NCBI RefSeq assembly: GCF_938030145.1
Contig: NZ_CALHGM010000033.1
Span: 36,011 to 100,010, forward strand
Direction of reading: 5' to 3'
Length of the DNA: 64,000 bases
Origin: an uncultured Campylobacter sp.
Lineage (GTDB): Bacteria > Campylobacterota > Campylobacteria > Campylobacterales > Campylobacteraceae
Part shown: in pieces, positions 1 to 11,220 of the stretch
Layout of the letters: each line of letters begins with the position of its first letter
How positions within the stretch are numbered: the first letter of the stretch is position 1
Translations under genes and position numbers: made by a program
Notes under the pieces: model-generated
What the model was told of the DNA's origin: nothing
Seen by the model: only the letters and a program-made list of their open reading frames with translations
Databases searched by the model: none

Positions 1-1181
1 ATTTTATTATTCGTATCCTGCGCGAAGTACCCAGGCTCGATCGTGGCGCCCATATGCACCTTGCCGCGCTGCGGCGCTAGCTCGCCCATGATGATCTTGC
101 AAAGCGTGCTTTTGCCTACGCCGTTTCGACCGATGATCGCGATCTTATCGCCGTGAGCGAGCTTGAGATTGAAATTTTTTAAAATTTTAATCTCGCCGAA
201 ACTCATATCCACGCCGCTTAGCTCCAAAATTTCATTACCGATCTCGCGGGCAGGCTTAAATAAAATGCTAGGCTCCCTGCGCGAAGAGGTCGCAAGCTCG
301 CTAAGATCGAGCTTGTCGAGCTGTTTTTGACGGCTCGTGGCCTGCTTTGCCTTGCTTGCGTTGGCGCTGAAACGAGCGATAAATTTTTCAAGCTCAGCCT
401 TTTCTTTGAGCTTTTTCTCGCGCTCGAACTGCGCCTGCTTGGCGATGAGATTGGACGCGATGAACCAGTCGTCGTAATTGCCGCTAAATTCGCGCACTCG
501 TCTAAAATCGACGTCGAGGATGTCCGTGCAGACGCGGTTTAAAAAGTGGCGGTCGTGGCTGATGACTACGAGCGTGCCCGTGTGGCGATTTAGCTCAAAC
601 TCGAGCCACGAAATGGCGTCGATATCGAGATTGTTCGTAGGCTCGTCCAAAAACAGCACGTCGGGGCGCGGGAAGAGCACCTGCGCGAGAAGGACCTTAA
701 ATTTATCGCTCGTCTCGATCTCGCTCATCTTTTTATCGAAGTCGTTCAGCCCCAGCGAACTTAAAATTTTCTCGATCCGCGTTTCGTACTCGTAGGCGGG
801 ATCCTCCTCCGCACAGATCATCTCAAGCTCGCCGAGGCGCTCGTTTATCTCGTCGTTAAACTCGCCCGCTTCGTAAAGCTGCGTCTTTTCGCGCACGGCG
901 TCATAAAGGCGCTTGTTGCCGTAGAGCACGGCGTCTTTGACGCTGAAGCTTTCAAAAGCGAATTGATCCTGCCCCAAAACGCCGATTTTAAGCCCGCTTT
1001 CGATCAAAATTTCGCCGCTGCTTGCTTCGATCTGCCCGCTTAAAATTTTAAGCAGCGTCGATTTACCCGCGCCGTTTGCGCCGATGAGGCCGTAGCGCCT
1101 GCCCTTATCGAGGCTTAAATTTACGTTTTCAAAAAGTAGCTGTTTGCCGAAGCGCATCGTAAGATCTTTGATTTCAACCAT
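1..1181 (-). CDS. ABC-F family ATP-binding protein (3' end outside window)
   Basis: Not in ORF track. Manual translation from ATG at 1181 gives MVEIKDLTMRFGKQLLFENV...GLIGANGAGKSTLLK, LDEPTNNLD and a second Walker A GRNGVGKST. RBS AAGGA upstream. Confidence 0.9.
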   Translation of the reverse strand, partial: MVEIKDLTMRFGKQLLFENVNLSLDKGRRYGLIGANGAGKSTLLKILSGQIEASSGEILIESGLKIGVLGQDQFAFESFSVKDAVLYGNKRLYDAVREKTQLYEAGEFNDEINERLGELEMICAEEDPAYEYETRIEKILSSLGLNDFDKKMSEIETSDKFKVLLAQVLFPRPDVLFLDEPTNNLDIDAISWLEFELNRHTGTLVVISHDRHFLNRVCTDILDVDFRRVREFSGNYDDWFIASNLIAKQAQFEREKKLKEKAELEKFIARFSANASKAKQATSRQKQLDKLDLSELATSSRREPSILFKPAREIGNEILELSGVDMSFGEIKILKNFNLKLAHGDKIAIIGRNGVGKSTLCKIIMGELAPQRGKVHMGATIEPGYFAQDTNNK

Positions 1182-1389
1182 ATTTTTCCTTTTAAATTTC
1201 TATTTGCATTGCCTTGCGCGCGGGCTTCTGCCAGGTTTTGCGTGCAAATTTCATCTCGCGGTTTATTGCGGCTTTTGCGCCGCGCGGAGCTGCGATAAAT
1301 TTCTCCTATTGTAGCTTAAAATTCTGAAATTTCGCCGAAGAGGTGCGAGCCGGCGCGATTAAATTTAAATCGCTAGAGCAATTTAAATT

Positions 1390-2517
1390 TTAACCGCTGT
1401 AATCGCTATCGCGAGTGATGATGAGCGTATAGTTCGGATACGCCGCGCGCACCTGTTTGCAGACCGCGCGAAACGTCGCCTCCATATCGGGCGCTGCGAA
1501 ATCGACGATAACGTCGAAGCTGATCGAGCGCTTTTCCTCGTCGAGATAAAATCCGTGTATCTGCGAGACGAACTCATGCGAAAACGCCATCTGCTTGATA
1601 TGCTCGTAGATCTCGGCGGCGCGCGGATCGTTTTTATTAAACGCGTAAATTCCTACGGTATCTAGGATGATATTAAATTTCGCAAAAACGGCGTTTTGGA
1701 TGCGGCGCGTAAGAGCGTCGATCTGCGCCGCGGTCGTGTCACTCGCGACCTCGATATGCACCGAACCTACCATTTTATCGGGCCCGTAGTCATGAAACAT
1801 CAGATCGTATGCGCCGATGACGCCCTCAAAGCCGCGCACGACGTCGTAAATTTCATTCGTCAGCTCCAGGCTCGGACGCGAGCCCAAAAGCTTGCTGATC
1901 GTATCGCGTAGAATTTCATACGCCGTTTTGATCAGAAGAGCCGAAATTATCGCGCCCAGATACGCCTCCAAGCTCAGCCTGAAAATAAGCGAAATCAAAG
2001 CCGCTACGAGAGTGGCTAGCGATACGAGCGCATCGTATTTGGCGTCCACGCCGCTTGCGATGAGCGAGTCCGAGTTCACGCGCTCGCCCGTCTTTTGCGT
2101 GTAGAGCCCCAGGCTAAATTTCGCCGCGACCGCCACGGCGATGATGGCGAGCGAAACCGCATTATAATTCGCCGCTTGCGGATGAATGATCTTTTTTATC
2201 GATTCAACGAGCGAGACGCCGCCGGTGTAGAGGATGATGACGGCGATTACGATCGCGCTTAGATACTCGATCCTGCCGTGCCCGAAGGGGTGCGCGCGAT
2301 CGGGCTGCTTGCTAGCAAGATGTACGCCCACGATCGTAATTACGGACGAAAGTGCGTCGCTTAGGTTATTTACGGCATCAAGCACGATCGCGATAGAGCC
2401 AGAGATCAGCCCCACGACGCCCTTAAATGCTGCTAAAATTACATTTGAAACGATACCGATCGCACCGGTGCGAATGATGATTTTATCTCTGCTATACGCC
2501 GCTTGAGGCACTTCCAT
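1390..2517 (-). CDS. Cation diffusion facilitator (FieF-like) transporter
   Basis: SIAIVLDAVNNLSD and HPFGHGRIEY CDF motifs, six hydrophobic segments, C-terminal metal-binding domain. Confidence 0.9.
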   Translation of the reverse strand: MEVPQAAYSRDKIIIRTGAIGIVSNVILAAFKGVVGLISGSIAIVLDAVNNLSDALSSVITIVGVHLASKQPDRAHPFGHGRIEYLSAIVIAVIILYTGGVSLVESIKKIIHPQAANYNAVSLAIIAVAVAAKFSLGLYTQKTGERVNSDSLIASGVDAKYDALVSLATLVAALISLIFRLSLEAYLGAIISALLIKTAYEILRDTISKLLGSRPSLELTNEIYDVVRGFEGVIGAYDLMFHDYGPDKMVGSVHIEVASDTTAAQIDALTRRIQNAVFAKFNIILDTVGIYAFNKNDPRAAEIYEHIKQMAFSHEFVSQIHGFYLDEEKRSISFDVIVDFAAPDMEATFRAVCKQVRAAYPNYTLIITRDSDYSG

Positions 2518-2535
2518 TATCTCTCCTTTGAAATT

Positions 2536-2922
2536 TTACTCTAAGCCGCAATCGCTGCGCGTGTAGGTCAGATCGGCGATTTTTTCGCCGCTTTGCAGAA
2601 ATTCTCGTACGCCTATGCGATTTAGACCGCCCGCTTTCATCATCGCGCAGACGTCCTTTTGCCTGTTGGCGCGCAAAATGCTTTCAAAATTTTGCTTGAT
2701 CTTGGGATCTACTTTGTCCCAAATTTCATTTTTTAGAATCGTGGGAATTACAAATTTATCGCCCTCGCATGTAGCCGCGCTCAACTCTATATTTTTAGTC
2801 GCGGGGTGACTGTGCCCATTTACGGCATCCGCCAAAGCTTTGCAGCGCTCGACATCGGCATCTCCCGCAAGCGCTGCGCTGCAGATAAATACGCCAAATA
2901 CGGCGGGTATAAATTTTTTCAT
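2536..2922 (-). CDS. Secreted hypothetical protein
   Basis: Signal peptide MKKFIPAVFGVFICSAALA, RBS AAGGAG, four Cys in mature part. Confidence 0.75.
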   Translation of the reverse strand: MKKFIPAVFGVFICSAALAGDADVERCKALADAVNGHSHPATKNIELSAATCEGDKFVIPTILKNEIWDKVDPKIKQNFESILRANRQKDVCAMMKAGGLNRIGVREFLQSGEKIADLTYTRSDCGLE

Positions 2923-3281
2923 TTTTATCTCCTTATTTTTATTTGAAATCTATCATATTAAAATTTTAAATTCAATCTATTTTTGAAATTCAAAGACCTA
3001 TTTGCGCGGCGCAAATCCGCGAGCCGCCAAAATTCCTTGCGTTAAATTAGTGGCATAAATTCAGCAAATCACCGCTAGAAATTTCTAAATCGCGACAAAA
3101 ATTCTTTAAATTCCGCGTGAAATTCTATGAGCGGAAATTTTTGCGACGGATCATATGCGCTCGCTCAAAGCGGCGTGCGGCGAGATCGTCCGTATCTTTT
3201 TTAACTCGCCTTTAAGTTATAGATTTAACGCAGCTTTGAAAAGCTCCAGCCAATCCGCGCCCGCCGTTTAAATTTATAAAT

Positions 3282-4475
3282 TTAATGCAGTTCCGCGTTG
3301 AGTTTGATCGCACGCTTGCTAATGCTTGCCGTAATCTGCCCGCTTTGGCTATTTTGTCGGAAGTGCAGACCGCTAAGCCCGGCAAGCTCAAGCCCTTTAT
3401 AAATTTCACGATCGAACGCAAAGCCCGCATTTAGCGCTGCTAGCGCTTCGCGATCCTTTTGCGCGATGAAAACCTTCGTGCCCTCAAGTACCGCAATACC
3501 GGCATCCACGATGCAGCGGTCGCCTAGCGGAATGCCCGTTACGGAGTTTGCGCCCAGCAAGCAGTGCTTGCCGATGCTCACGGCATTGCCGTTGGTGCCG
3601 CTTAGCACGCCCAAAATCGATGCGCCACCGCCTATGTCGCTGCCCTCGCCCACGACGACCGAGCTGCTGACGCGCCCCTCGATCATAACGCTACCGGTCG
3701 TACCTGCGTTGAAATTTACATACGCAGCGCCCGGCATCACGGTCGTACCCGCAGCGATATGCGCACCCAAACGCACCTTTGCGTCATCTAAAATCCGAAC
3801 GTTTTGCGGCGGTACGACGTGGCTTAGGTAGCGCGGAAATTTATCGACGCTGATGATGCGCGGATAGCGGCCCTGCATTTTTAAAGAGATTTCGTTTTCT
3901 CGCAGCCACCAAAGCTCGATCGGACGGGCGTTTTCGTCCCACGCGACATTCGGAAGCACGCTAAATGCGCCATCTAGATTGAGCGTGCGCGGCTCGCAGA
4001 GATTTAGCGAAAGTGCGTAAAGCTTGAGATAGATGCTCTCGACGCTTTTTGGCGCGGCATCCTCGAAGATGAAGCTAGCGCAAAAGCTTGCGTGCTCGTC
4101 CGATTTCATCGCCTCTTTAACCGCAAGCAGCACCTGTAGATTTTTGTGTGCGCCCTCTTTGGCGTCTGGCTGTAGAAATTTTAAAACCTCGATCGCCTTT
4201 TTTAGGGCTTTATGCGTTAGCGTAAAAATACACTCGCTACCGCTAAAATCCACGACCTCGCCGCATTCGGCTAGAGCATGGATTAGCACTGCTGCGCTTA
4301 CTAGCCCGTCTTTAAAATTTACGTGTGCGTAATTTACGCTTAGACTTTTATGCTCCTCCGCACGCCCCTTAAATATGCGCCCGACCGCCCACATGATCGG
4401 ATCGCGATAACCCTTTTTGGCGCGAACTTTATCTGCAAAAGCCTGAAGCTCGCTTAGGCTTTTAATCTCTTTCAT
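3282..4475 (-). CDS. dapD: Tetrahydrodipicolinate N-succinyltransferase
   Basis: VDKFPRY, VRLGAHIAAGTTVMPG, YVNFNAGT, IEGRVSS hexapeptide-repeat domain, Campylobacterota long form. Confidence 0.93.
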   Translation of the reverse strand: MKEIKSLSELQAFADKVRAKKGYRDPIMWAVGRIFKGRAEEHKSLSVNYAHVNFKDGLVSAAVLIHALAECGEVVDFSGSECIFTLTHKALKKAIEVLKFLQPDAKEGAHKNLQVLLAVKEAMKSDEHASFCASFIFEDAAPKSVESIYLKLYALSLNLCEPRTLNLDGAFSVLPNVAWDENARPIELWWLRENEISLKMQGRYPRIISVDKFPRYLSHVVPPQNVRILDDAKVRLGAHIAAGTTVMPGAAYVNFNAGTTGSVMIEGRVSSSVVVGEGSDIGGGASILGVLSGTNGNAVSIGKHCLLGANSVTGIPLGDRCIVDAGIAVLEGTKVFIAQKDREALAALNAGFAFDREIYKGLELAGLSGLHFRQNSQSGQITASISKRAIKLNAELH

Positions 4476-4660
4476 ATTTAATCCTTAATCGCAAAATTGC
4501 GCGGGAGTATAGCTAAATTTAATTTAAAAGGGGATTTGAAAGTTGCATATATTTTCTAGTTGATTTATATTTTTAAGCTTAATTATGCAAATTATTTACT
4601 ATACTTTAATGATATTTAATGATATTAGGATAAAAAAATATTTTGATTTTGGAGATTACG

Positions 4661-5287
4661 ATGCCTATAAGATTTGAAAATTTAAAATCGTTACTCAGAG
4701 ATATGGAAAATAGGAATTTAGTAATAGCTTCTTTTCGATTCCAATACAATATAAATACAGCAGTAATACTTAAACGATACCGAGACGGACAAACAAAACC
4801 TAATGAATATGCTAAGGTGTGGTTGAAATTTATAGATTGGGAAGACACAAATAATACTATAGAAGCATACGCTGATTTTTTTGAAGTTTATTTTAGAACT
4901 ACTGAAGAATTTATAGAATTTTTTAATATACAAAATAGAGGTGCTATGAGAAATATATTCTTAGATTTTTCCAATCATTTTGCCAAATTTATTCCAACAA
5001 AATGGAGTCGACCAAATAATGATATCGAAAGGCATTTATTGGGCGGATACGCAGAGGGAAATAATCCAAACGCCATTTATTGTTTTGATGTAAGAAGAAA
5101 TGGCATTGATAGGAATGGGAACCCTAACACAAGAAGTATTGAAAATAGCAATAAAGCTTACATTTTAAGACCAAATTTATATGTCCTATATAAAGATGAT
5201 ACAAATTTAAGTTTCTTTTTTTCAGACAATATTGAAGATGAAAAACAGGACAGGGAAATAATTAGAATGGTTGCCAATAGAAACTAA
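4661..5287 (+). CDS. AT-rich hypothetical protein, DUF6037-like
   Basis: RBS GGAG at 4651 supports ATG 4661. LKSLLRDM..., YCFDVRRNG...RSIENSNKA.ILRP.LY...KDD.NLSFFFS resemble DUF6037 (from recall). Much lower GC than flanks. Confidence 0.6.
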   Translation: MPIRFENLKSLLRDMENRNLVIASFRFQYNINTAVILKRYRDGQTKPNEYAKVWLKFIDWEDTNNTIEAYADFFEVYFRTTEEFIEFFNIQNRGAMRNIFLDFSNHFAKFIPTKWSRPNNDIERHLLGGYAEGNNPNAIYCFDVRRNGIDRNGNPNTRSIENSNKAYILRPNLYVLYKDDTNLSFFFSDNIEDEKQDREIIRMVANRN

Positions 5288-5365
5288 CTATCATATCGGC
5301 TAGGTTTTAGAGGCAAAACATTGACTAACTGTAAAATATATGCAATTCTGAAAGTAAATTTCATC

Positions 5366-6391
5366 CTACCTAAACACATCATCCATCGGCGTGCTTTCGC
5401 ATTTCTTGCGGTCCGCTTCTACCGAGAGTAGGCGAGCTTTACTGTCGTCTAAAATTTTTGGTGTAATAACAAGCCCCGGCAGATCTAAGGAATTTACGGC
5501 GTGCTTGCCGGCAAATGCCCCCAGGCCTCTGCCAAATATCCCGTTTACGCGCCCGTTCATATCATAAATCTCGCTGCCGTCGCAGTGAAAGACATTGCCC
5601 GATATGCACTCGCATTTAAGTCCATCCGCAGCCTCTGTGTATCTGTAGTCCTCGACGTAAAGCGCACCGCTTACGCCACGGACGCTACTAATGGGGTTGT
5701 AAATTAACACGGCTAGAATTTCATTCTTTTGCGGATTTGAGATCTCCCACTCCACGGCGCGATATGAGCTAAGCAGCAGCACTATGGGCTTAGCGGATTT
5801 GGCTAAATTTAGCTTGACGCGATTATTCATCTGCGCGCTTTCGTAGATCGCGCCCAGCCACAGGTCGTAGTCCTTATCCGCAGGGATCTTGGCTACGGCG
5901 TCTTTTTGACGATAAAAGGGCTCTACGTCTTTAAAATCCACGAAAAGCTCGCTGGAATGCGCGTCATTTAAAAACCACGCTTCGATCTTATGCTTGCCCT
6001 TGCTAAATTTATACGTAAGCGGGCGCTTTTGATTGCTAGATGTCCCACCTAGCACATCCGTGCCGTCCACGGCGATTACCAGCGTGGACCAGCCGTAATC
6101 TCCTAGCACCATTTTTTCGACATCTACGTCGAAATTAAACTCGCCAACCCAATACGCCATAAGATTTGGAGATGGAATTTCATGGAAGGAATTTCCTTCA
6201 TAATTGACGCTGATGCGATCGACATTTTCAGAGAAAATCACCTTCTTGGGCTCATCTTTATTCAGATAAAACGCCAAAAACTTATCCTGCGGGATCTGCG
6301 CGTCCGCGGTAATCTCTTTCGCCCATTTTTGCATATTGCTCTCTTGCGCGAACGCCGCAAATGCAAGCACCAAAATAATCAAAAACCTCAT
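5366..6391 (-). CDS. Secreted hypothetical protein with PA14-like beta domain
   Basis: Signal peptide MRFLIILVLAFAAFA. AYWVGEF and FSKGKHKIEAWF resemble a PA14-type jelly roll. Confidence 0.7.
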   Translation of the reverse strand: MRFLIILVLAFAAFAQESNMQKWAKEITADAQIPQDKFLAFYLNKDEPKKVIFSENVDRISVNYEGNSFHEIPSPNLMAYWVGEFNFDVDVEKMVLGDYGWSTLVIAVDGTDVLGGTSSNQKRPLTYKFSKGKHKIEAWFLNDAHSSELFVDFKDVEPFYRQKDAVAKIPADKDYDLWLGAIYESAQMNNRVKLNLAKSAKPIVLLLSSYRAVEWEISNPQKNEILAVLIYNPISSVRGVSGALYVEDYRYTEAADGLKCECISGNVFHCDGSEIYDMNGRVNGIFGRGLGAFAGKHAVNSLDLPGLVITPKILDDSKARLLSVEADRKKCESTPMDDVFR

Positions 6392-6420
6392 TACCGACCT
6401 TTCTTATTTCGTATAAAAGT

Positions 6421-6459
6421 AAAATCCCTAAACCTAAAAGCCCTAGGCTTAGGGATTTT
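6421..6459 (-). terminator. Long inverted repeat, terminator-like on minus strand
   Basis: AAAATCCCTAAACCTA..TAGGCTTAGGGATTTT (16-bp arms, 1 mismatch), followed by a T-rich tract on the minus strand. Confidence 0.5.
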
Positions 6460-7349
6460 GCCGCCTTGACTCCACAGCTTATACGAATAAAATTCCAACT
6501 GCTTAAATTTCAGCTGCGCGAGAAATTTACTTCCGCAATCACTACAGATAAAATTCCATCCCAAATAAACTCTACAGAGGCTTTCGCAGATAAACTCCAC
6601 CGCCATAAGGCCCGGCGAAATAAAATTTAAACCAGTGCAATGCTACGGCTACTGCTAAAAAGCTAGGCGCGATAAAATTTCAAGCCTAAAATTCATATTT
6701 TAAAGCCATATCTTGAAATTTCAAAATAGAGCTTTAGCGATAAAATTTCACGTTTTAAAATTCTGCGGCAAAGCTTTATGCTTAAAATTTTACATTTAAA
6801 ACTCCAAGGCGGAATTCTACGGCAAATTTTACCTCGCTGAATTGCGCGTTTGGAATTTAATTTTCGCCGTAAAATTCTGCGCTTAGAATTTTATCTAAAC
6901 CCTCACGCAACGGAGCTTGGACAAAATTTAGATCGAAATTTCAAACTACGAAATTTCGTCTGCCCAAATTTTGCGAGCGCTATAAAATTGCTCAAAATCA
7001 AAGCGGAATTTTAAGCTTAAAATTTAGTATAAAAACTCGCGCTACGAAACTCCGCACGAAATTCTATACACAAAAATTTTACTGACGCCGTAAAATTACT
7101 TCAAAATTTCGTGGCGAAATTTTAACGCAGAATTTCGAGCTGCGAAACCCGCGTGAAATTTTGCCCGCGAAATTTACGGGCAAAATTTTATGACGGATTT
7201 GCATACCGAAATTTTGCGAGTATTATAAAATTTGCAGCGAAATTAGGCGTGAAATTTCAAACTATTAAATTCCGCGTTGAATTTCAATATGCAAAATTCA
7301 CGAGAAATTCCACGCGAAATTTGACACCCTGCCCGCGCCCGCCAAAGTC

Positions 7350-8444
7350 CTAATTCGAGCAGGCGCTCTTGCCGTCCATCACCGGCTGGATCGCGGAGTT
7401 GTCCGCGAGCTCCTCGCGGTCGATCTTCTCGATCTTCTCCCACAGCTTGCGCGCGGCATCTTCGTAGCGCTTCGCGCTCAAAGAATCGGGCGCATAGAAG
7501 CTTACCGGCTTGCCGCTGTCGCCGCCCTCGCGGATAGCGATCTCGATCGGGATCTCGCCGATTACTTCGGTGTTGTATCGCTGCGCCAGCTTTTGCGCGC
7601 CGCCGCGACCGAAGATATCATACTCCTTGCCGTTATCTGGGCAGATGAAGCCGCTCATATTCTCGATAAGGCCTGCGATCGGGATGTGGAGCTTCTCAAA
7701 CATATCAAGCCCGCGTGCGCTATCGTCCAGCGCGACCGTCTGCGGCGTCGTGACGCACACGCCCGCCGTCACCGGCACGCTCTGAGCCAAGGTAAGCTGC
7801 GCGTCGCCCGTGCCCGGAGGCATATCCAAAAACAGTACGTCCAGATCGCTCCACGCCACGTCTTTTAGCAGCTGCTCGATCGCCTTCATTATCATCGAGC
7901 CGCGCCAGATGAGGCTCGCGCCCTCCTCCATCAGCACGCCCATGCTCATCATCTCCACGCCGTGGCTTAAGATCGGCTTTAGCTTCTGCCCGACGACGCT
8001 TGCTTGCGTCTTATCCTCTCCTAGCATTCGCGGCAAATTCGGCCCGTAAATATCGGCATCCAAAATCCCCACTCTCTTGCCTAGCTTTGCCGTGCTGATG
8101 GCTAAATTTAGCGTCGTCGTGCTCTTGCCTACGCCGCCCTTGCCGCTGCTGATCATCACGAAATGCTTGATCTGCGGCGCGATATTTTTGCCGCTGCGAG
8201 AGTTGCTCTTTTCCTCGGCGATCTTGGGCTGTTTGATTAAAATTTCGGCGTCCGCGCCGAGCGCCTTTTGTACCGCCGATCTGAGCTCTGCTGCGATCTC
8301 TGGCTTGGCGCTGGGGATTTCGATCCCTACGAAAATTCTATCGCCGATCTCGACCTCTTTTACAAATCCAAAATCCACGATGCTTTTAGAAAAGCCCGGA
8401 TAGATCACGCTTCTAAGCAAATTTAAGACTTCGTCTTTACTCAT
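7350..8444 (-). CDS. mrp: Mrp/ApbC Fe-S cluster carrier ATPase
   Basis: [35 protein letters not shown] motifs; N-terminal DUF59-like domain. Confidence 0.95.
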   Translation of the reverse strand: MSKDEVLNLLRSVIYPGFSKSIVDFGFVKEVEIGDRIFVGIEIPSAKPEIAAELRSAVQKALGADAEILIKQPKIAEEKSNSRSGKNIAPQIKHFVMISSGKGGVGKSTTTLNLAISTAKLGKRVGILDADIYGPNLPRMLGEDKTQASVVGQKLKPILSHGVEMMSMGVLMEEGASLIWRGSMIMKAIEQLLKDVAWSDLDVLFLDMPPGTGDAQLTLAQSVPVTAGVCVTTPQTVALDDSARGLDMFEKLHIPIAGLIENMSGFICPDNGKEYDIFGRGGAQKLAQRYNTEVIGEIPIEIAIREGGDSGKPVSFYAPDSLSAKRYEDAARKLWEKIEKIDREELADNSAIQPVMDGKSACSN

Positions 8445-9748
8445 TCTTTCTCCTTATTTTCGGTTAAATTTCTACTGATTTTATATGCGCAAAATTTCGG
8501 CCCGCACATCGAGCAAAACTCCGCGCCCTTGTAAATTTCATCACCCAGGCTCTCGTCGTGCAGCTCGCGCGCATGATCTGGATCGAAGCTAAGCTCAAAC
8601 TGCCTGTTCCAATCAAAACCATACCTCGCGTCGCTCATCGCGTGATCGCGCTCTATCGCGCCCGCTTTGCCTAGCGCGACGTCCGCGGCGTGAGCGGCGA
8701 TTTTATGCGCGATGATACCCTCTCTGACGTCGCTTGCATTGGGAAGGCCTAGATGCTCCTTGGGCGTTACGTAGCAGAGCATGCTAGCGCCGCAATACGC
8801 AGCCATCGTCCCGCCGATAGCCGAGCTGATATGATCGTAGCCCGCGCCGATGTCGGTCGGAAGCGGCCCCAGCACGTAAAACGGCGCATCGCGGCAGATC
8901 TTGCGCTCTAGCTGCATATTTAGCTCGATCTCGTTAAACGGAATGTGCCCCGGCCCCTCGATCATCACCTGCACGTTTTTTTCATTCGCGCGCAGGGCTA
9001 GCTCGCCTAAAATTTCAAGCTCGCTAAGCTGCGCCCTATCGGTCGCATCGTATAAGCAGCCGGGGCGCAAGCCGTCGCCCAGCGAGAGCGATACGTCGTA
9101 AGCGGCGCAGATATCGCAAATTTCATCAAACGCTTCGTAGAAGGGATTTTGCTTATGAAATTTCATCATCCACGACGCTATCAGCGAGCCGCCTCTGCTT
9201 ACGATACCCATCTTGCGACGGGACAGCAGCGGCATAAACTCTAGCTTAAAGCCCGCATGGATCGTGAAATAATCCACCCCCTGCCGCGCCTGCTTCTCGA
9301 TCGTGCTAAGAATAGCGCTCGTTTTTAAATTTTTGATATCGCCCAGCTCATGGACCATCTGATAGATCGGCACCGTGCCTATGGGTACAGGCGAGCGCTC
9401 GATTATGGCAGCGCGGATCTCATCCAAATCGCCGCCCGTGCTTAGATCCATCACCGTATCGGTGCCGTACTTTAAGCACGCTTCAAGCTTTTCCAGCTCG
9501 CCCTTGATATCGCTCGTCGTGCCCGAAGAGCCGATGTTTGCGTTGATCTTGCACCGCAGCGCGCGTCCGATGCCGATGGGCTTTAAACTTTTGTGATTAA
9601 CGTTTGCGGGGATGATCGCTCTTCCTTGCGCGATAAGATCACACAAGGCCCGCACGTCCATGCGCTCGCTTTGCGCGACCTCTCTCATCTGCGGCGTCAC
9701 TTCGCCTCTTTTTGCAAAATAGATCTGCGTTACGCAGCTTTCGGTCAT
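8441..9748 (-). CDS. thiC: Phosphomethylpyrimidine synthase
   Basis: [51 protein letters not shown]. Confidence 0.93.
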   Translation of the reverse strand: MTESCVTQIYFAKRGEVTPQMREVAQSERMDVRALCDLIAQGRAIIPANVNHKSLKPIGIGRALRCKINANIGSSGTTSDIKGELEKLEACLKYGTDTVMDLSTGGDLDEIRAAIIERSPVPIGTVPIYQMVHELGDIKNLKTSAILSTIEKQARQGVDYFTIHAGFKLEFMPLLSRRKMGIVSRGGSLIASWMMKFHKQNPFYEAFDEICDICAAYDVSLSLGDGLRPGCLYDATDRAQLSELEILGELALRANEKNVQVMIEGPGHIPFNEIELNMQLERKICRDAPFYVLGPLPTDIGAGYDHISSAIGGTMAAYCGASMLCYVTPKEHLGLPNASDVREGIIAHKIAAHAADVALGKAGAIERDHAMSDARYGFDWNRQFELSFDPDHARELHDESLGDEIYKGAEFCSMCGPKFCAYKISRNLTENKEKE

Positions 9749-9966
9749 TTTCGCCTCGCTTACTTAAAAATGCGCGTATAATATAACAAATTTCATTAAT
9801 CCTTACTTTTCTTTTGCCGTTTATTTTCGTAACGTAAGCTGAAATTTCGCCGCCACGCCGCGTAAATTTACGCCTAAACTCAAGATATTTTAGCTCGCAA
9901 GCCGCGATTAATTTTGCTTTCATTTTTAATACGTATAATTTCGTAACAAAATTTCAAGGATAAAAT

Positions 9967-11220
9967 TTGAAAGATATATCGCTGATTTTGCTCGCCGCGG
10001 GCGATTCGAGCAGGTTTGGTCTCCCCGTCAAAAAGCAGTGGCTGCGCGTGGGCGAGCTGCCGCTTTGGCAATACGTCGCGCAGAGCATTGCGCGGGCGCA
10101 CCCATTTAAAAAAATCATAATCGCCGTGAACGAGGAGGACGTGGGCTATTGCGAGCGCCTCTATGCGTGCAGCCTAGCCTCGGCGCGCGGAGAAAACTCG
10201 GAGTGCGGCGCGAGCGAGTATAACTTTCAAAGAAAGCAGGGCGAGATCGAATGCGGTGCAGATGAATGCGGCTCTTCAAATTTAAAATTTCACTTCACCC
10301 CCGGCGGCGCAAATCGCCAAAGCTCGCTAAAAAACGCGCTGCGGCTCGTAGAGAGCGAGCTCGTGCTCGTAAGCGACGTAGCCCGCGCGCAAATTTCGCC
10401 AGGGCTAATCTCCTCGCTGATACGAAATTTAGGCGACGCAGACTGTATCAGCCCCTATCTTGGCGTAAACGACACGACCTATCTCGGCGAGGCCGTGGTG
10501 AATAGGGAGGAGCTGCGTCTCATCCAAACGCCGCAGCTTTCGCGCACGGCGCTACTTAAAAAGGCGCTTGATGGAAGCGAAATTTTTACCGACGACAGCG
10601 CGGCGATCGGCAGCGCAGGCGGGCGGTTGGAATTTATAAAAGGCGAAGCGGGCGCGCTTAAGATCACGCGCGCAAGCGATCTGGCGGCGCTAAATTTAAA
10701 ACCCTGCTCGCGCGATATCTTTTGCGGCACGGGTTACGACGTGCACGCGCTTGAAAAAGGCGCGGGTATCGTGCTCGGCGGCGTGCAGATCCCATGCGAG
10801 TTCGCGCTGATCGCACACAGCGACGGCGACGTAGCGATCCACGCCCTAATCGACGCTATTTGCGGCGCGGCGATGCTGGGCGACATCGGCGAGCTTTTCC
10901 CCGACAGCGACGCTAAGCTTAAAGGCGCGGATAGCAAGGAGCTGTTACGAAAGGTAATGCGGCGCGTCAGAGGCTACGGCTACGAGCTCGTAAACGCCGA
11001 TATTACGATCATCGCGCAACGCCCGAAGATCGGCGCTTACAAAGCGCAGATGCAAGAGGTTTTGAGCGAAATTTTAAACTGCGCGCGCGTCAATGTTAAA
11101 GCGACCACGACCGAAGGGCTGGGATTTACGGGCAGAAGCGAGGGTATCGCCGCACAGGCTGCGGTAAGCTTAAAATTTTACGACTGGCAAAAACACGCAG
11201 CAAAGGTGCGGGGCGCATGA
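9967..11220 (+). CDS. ispDF: Bifunctional IspD/IspF
   Basis: LLAAGDSSRF (IspD), GYDVH, HSDGDVAIHA, GDIGELFPD, NVKATTTEGLGF (IspF); TTG start after AAGGA. Confidence 0.95.
   Translation: MKDISLILLAAGDSSRFGLPVKKQWLRVGELPLWQYVAQSIARAHPFKKIIIAVNEEDVGYCERLYACSLASARGENSECGASEYNFQRKQGEIECGADECGSSNLKFHFTPGGANRQSSLKNALRLVESELVLVSDVARAQISPGLISSLIRNLGDADCISPYLGVNDTTYLGEAVVNREELRLIQTPQLSRTALLKKALDGSEIFTDDSAAIGSAGGRLEFIKGEAGALKITRASDLAALNLKPCSRDIFCGTGYDVHALEKGAGIVLGGVQIPCEFALIAHSDGDVAIHALIDAICGAAMLGDIGELFPDSDAKLKGADSKELLRKVMRRVRGYGYELVNADITIIAQRPKIGAYKAQMQEVLSEILNCARVNVKATTTEGLGFTGRSEGIAAQAAVSLKFYDWQKHAAKVRGA

Noticed and set aside
6600..7340. CRISPR array in repeat-rich spacers
   Set aside because: Repeats are 6-bp degenerate cores with short variable linkers, not identical 25-40-bp repeats with spacers; no cas genes.
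9749..9966. TPP riboswitch upstream of thiC
   Set aside because: No recognisable CUGAGA / ACCUGA / AGCG core on the minus strand; the region reads as a divergent promoter.
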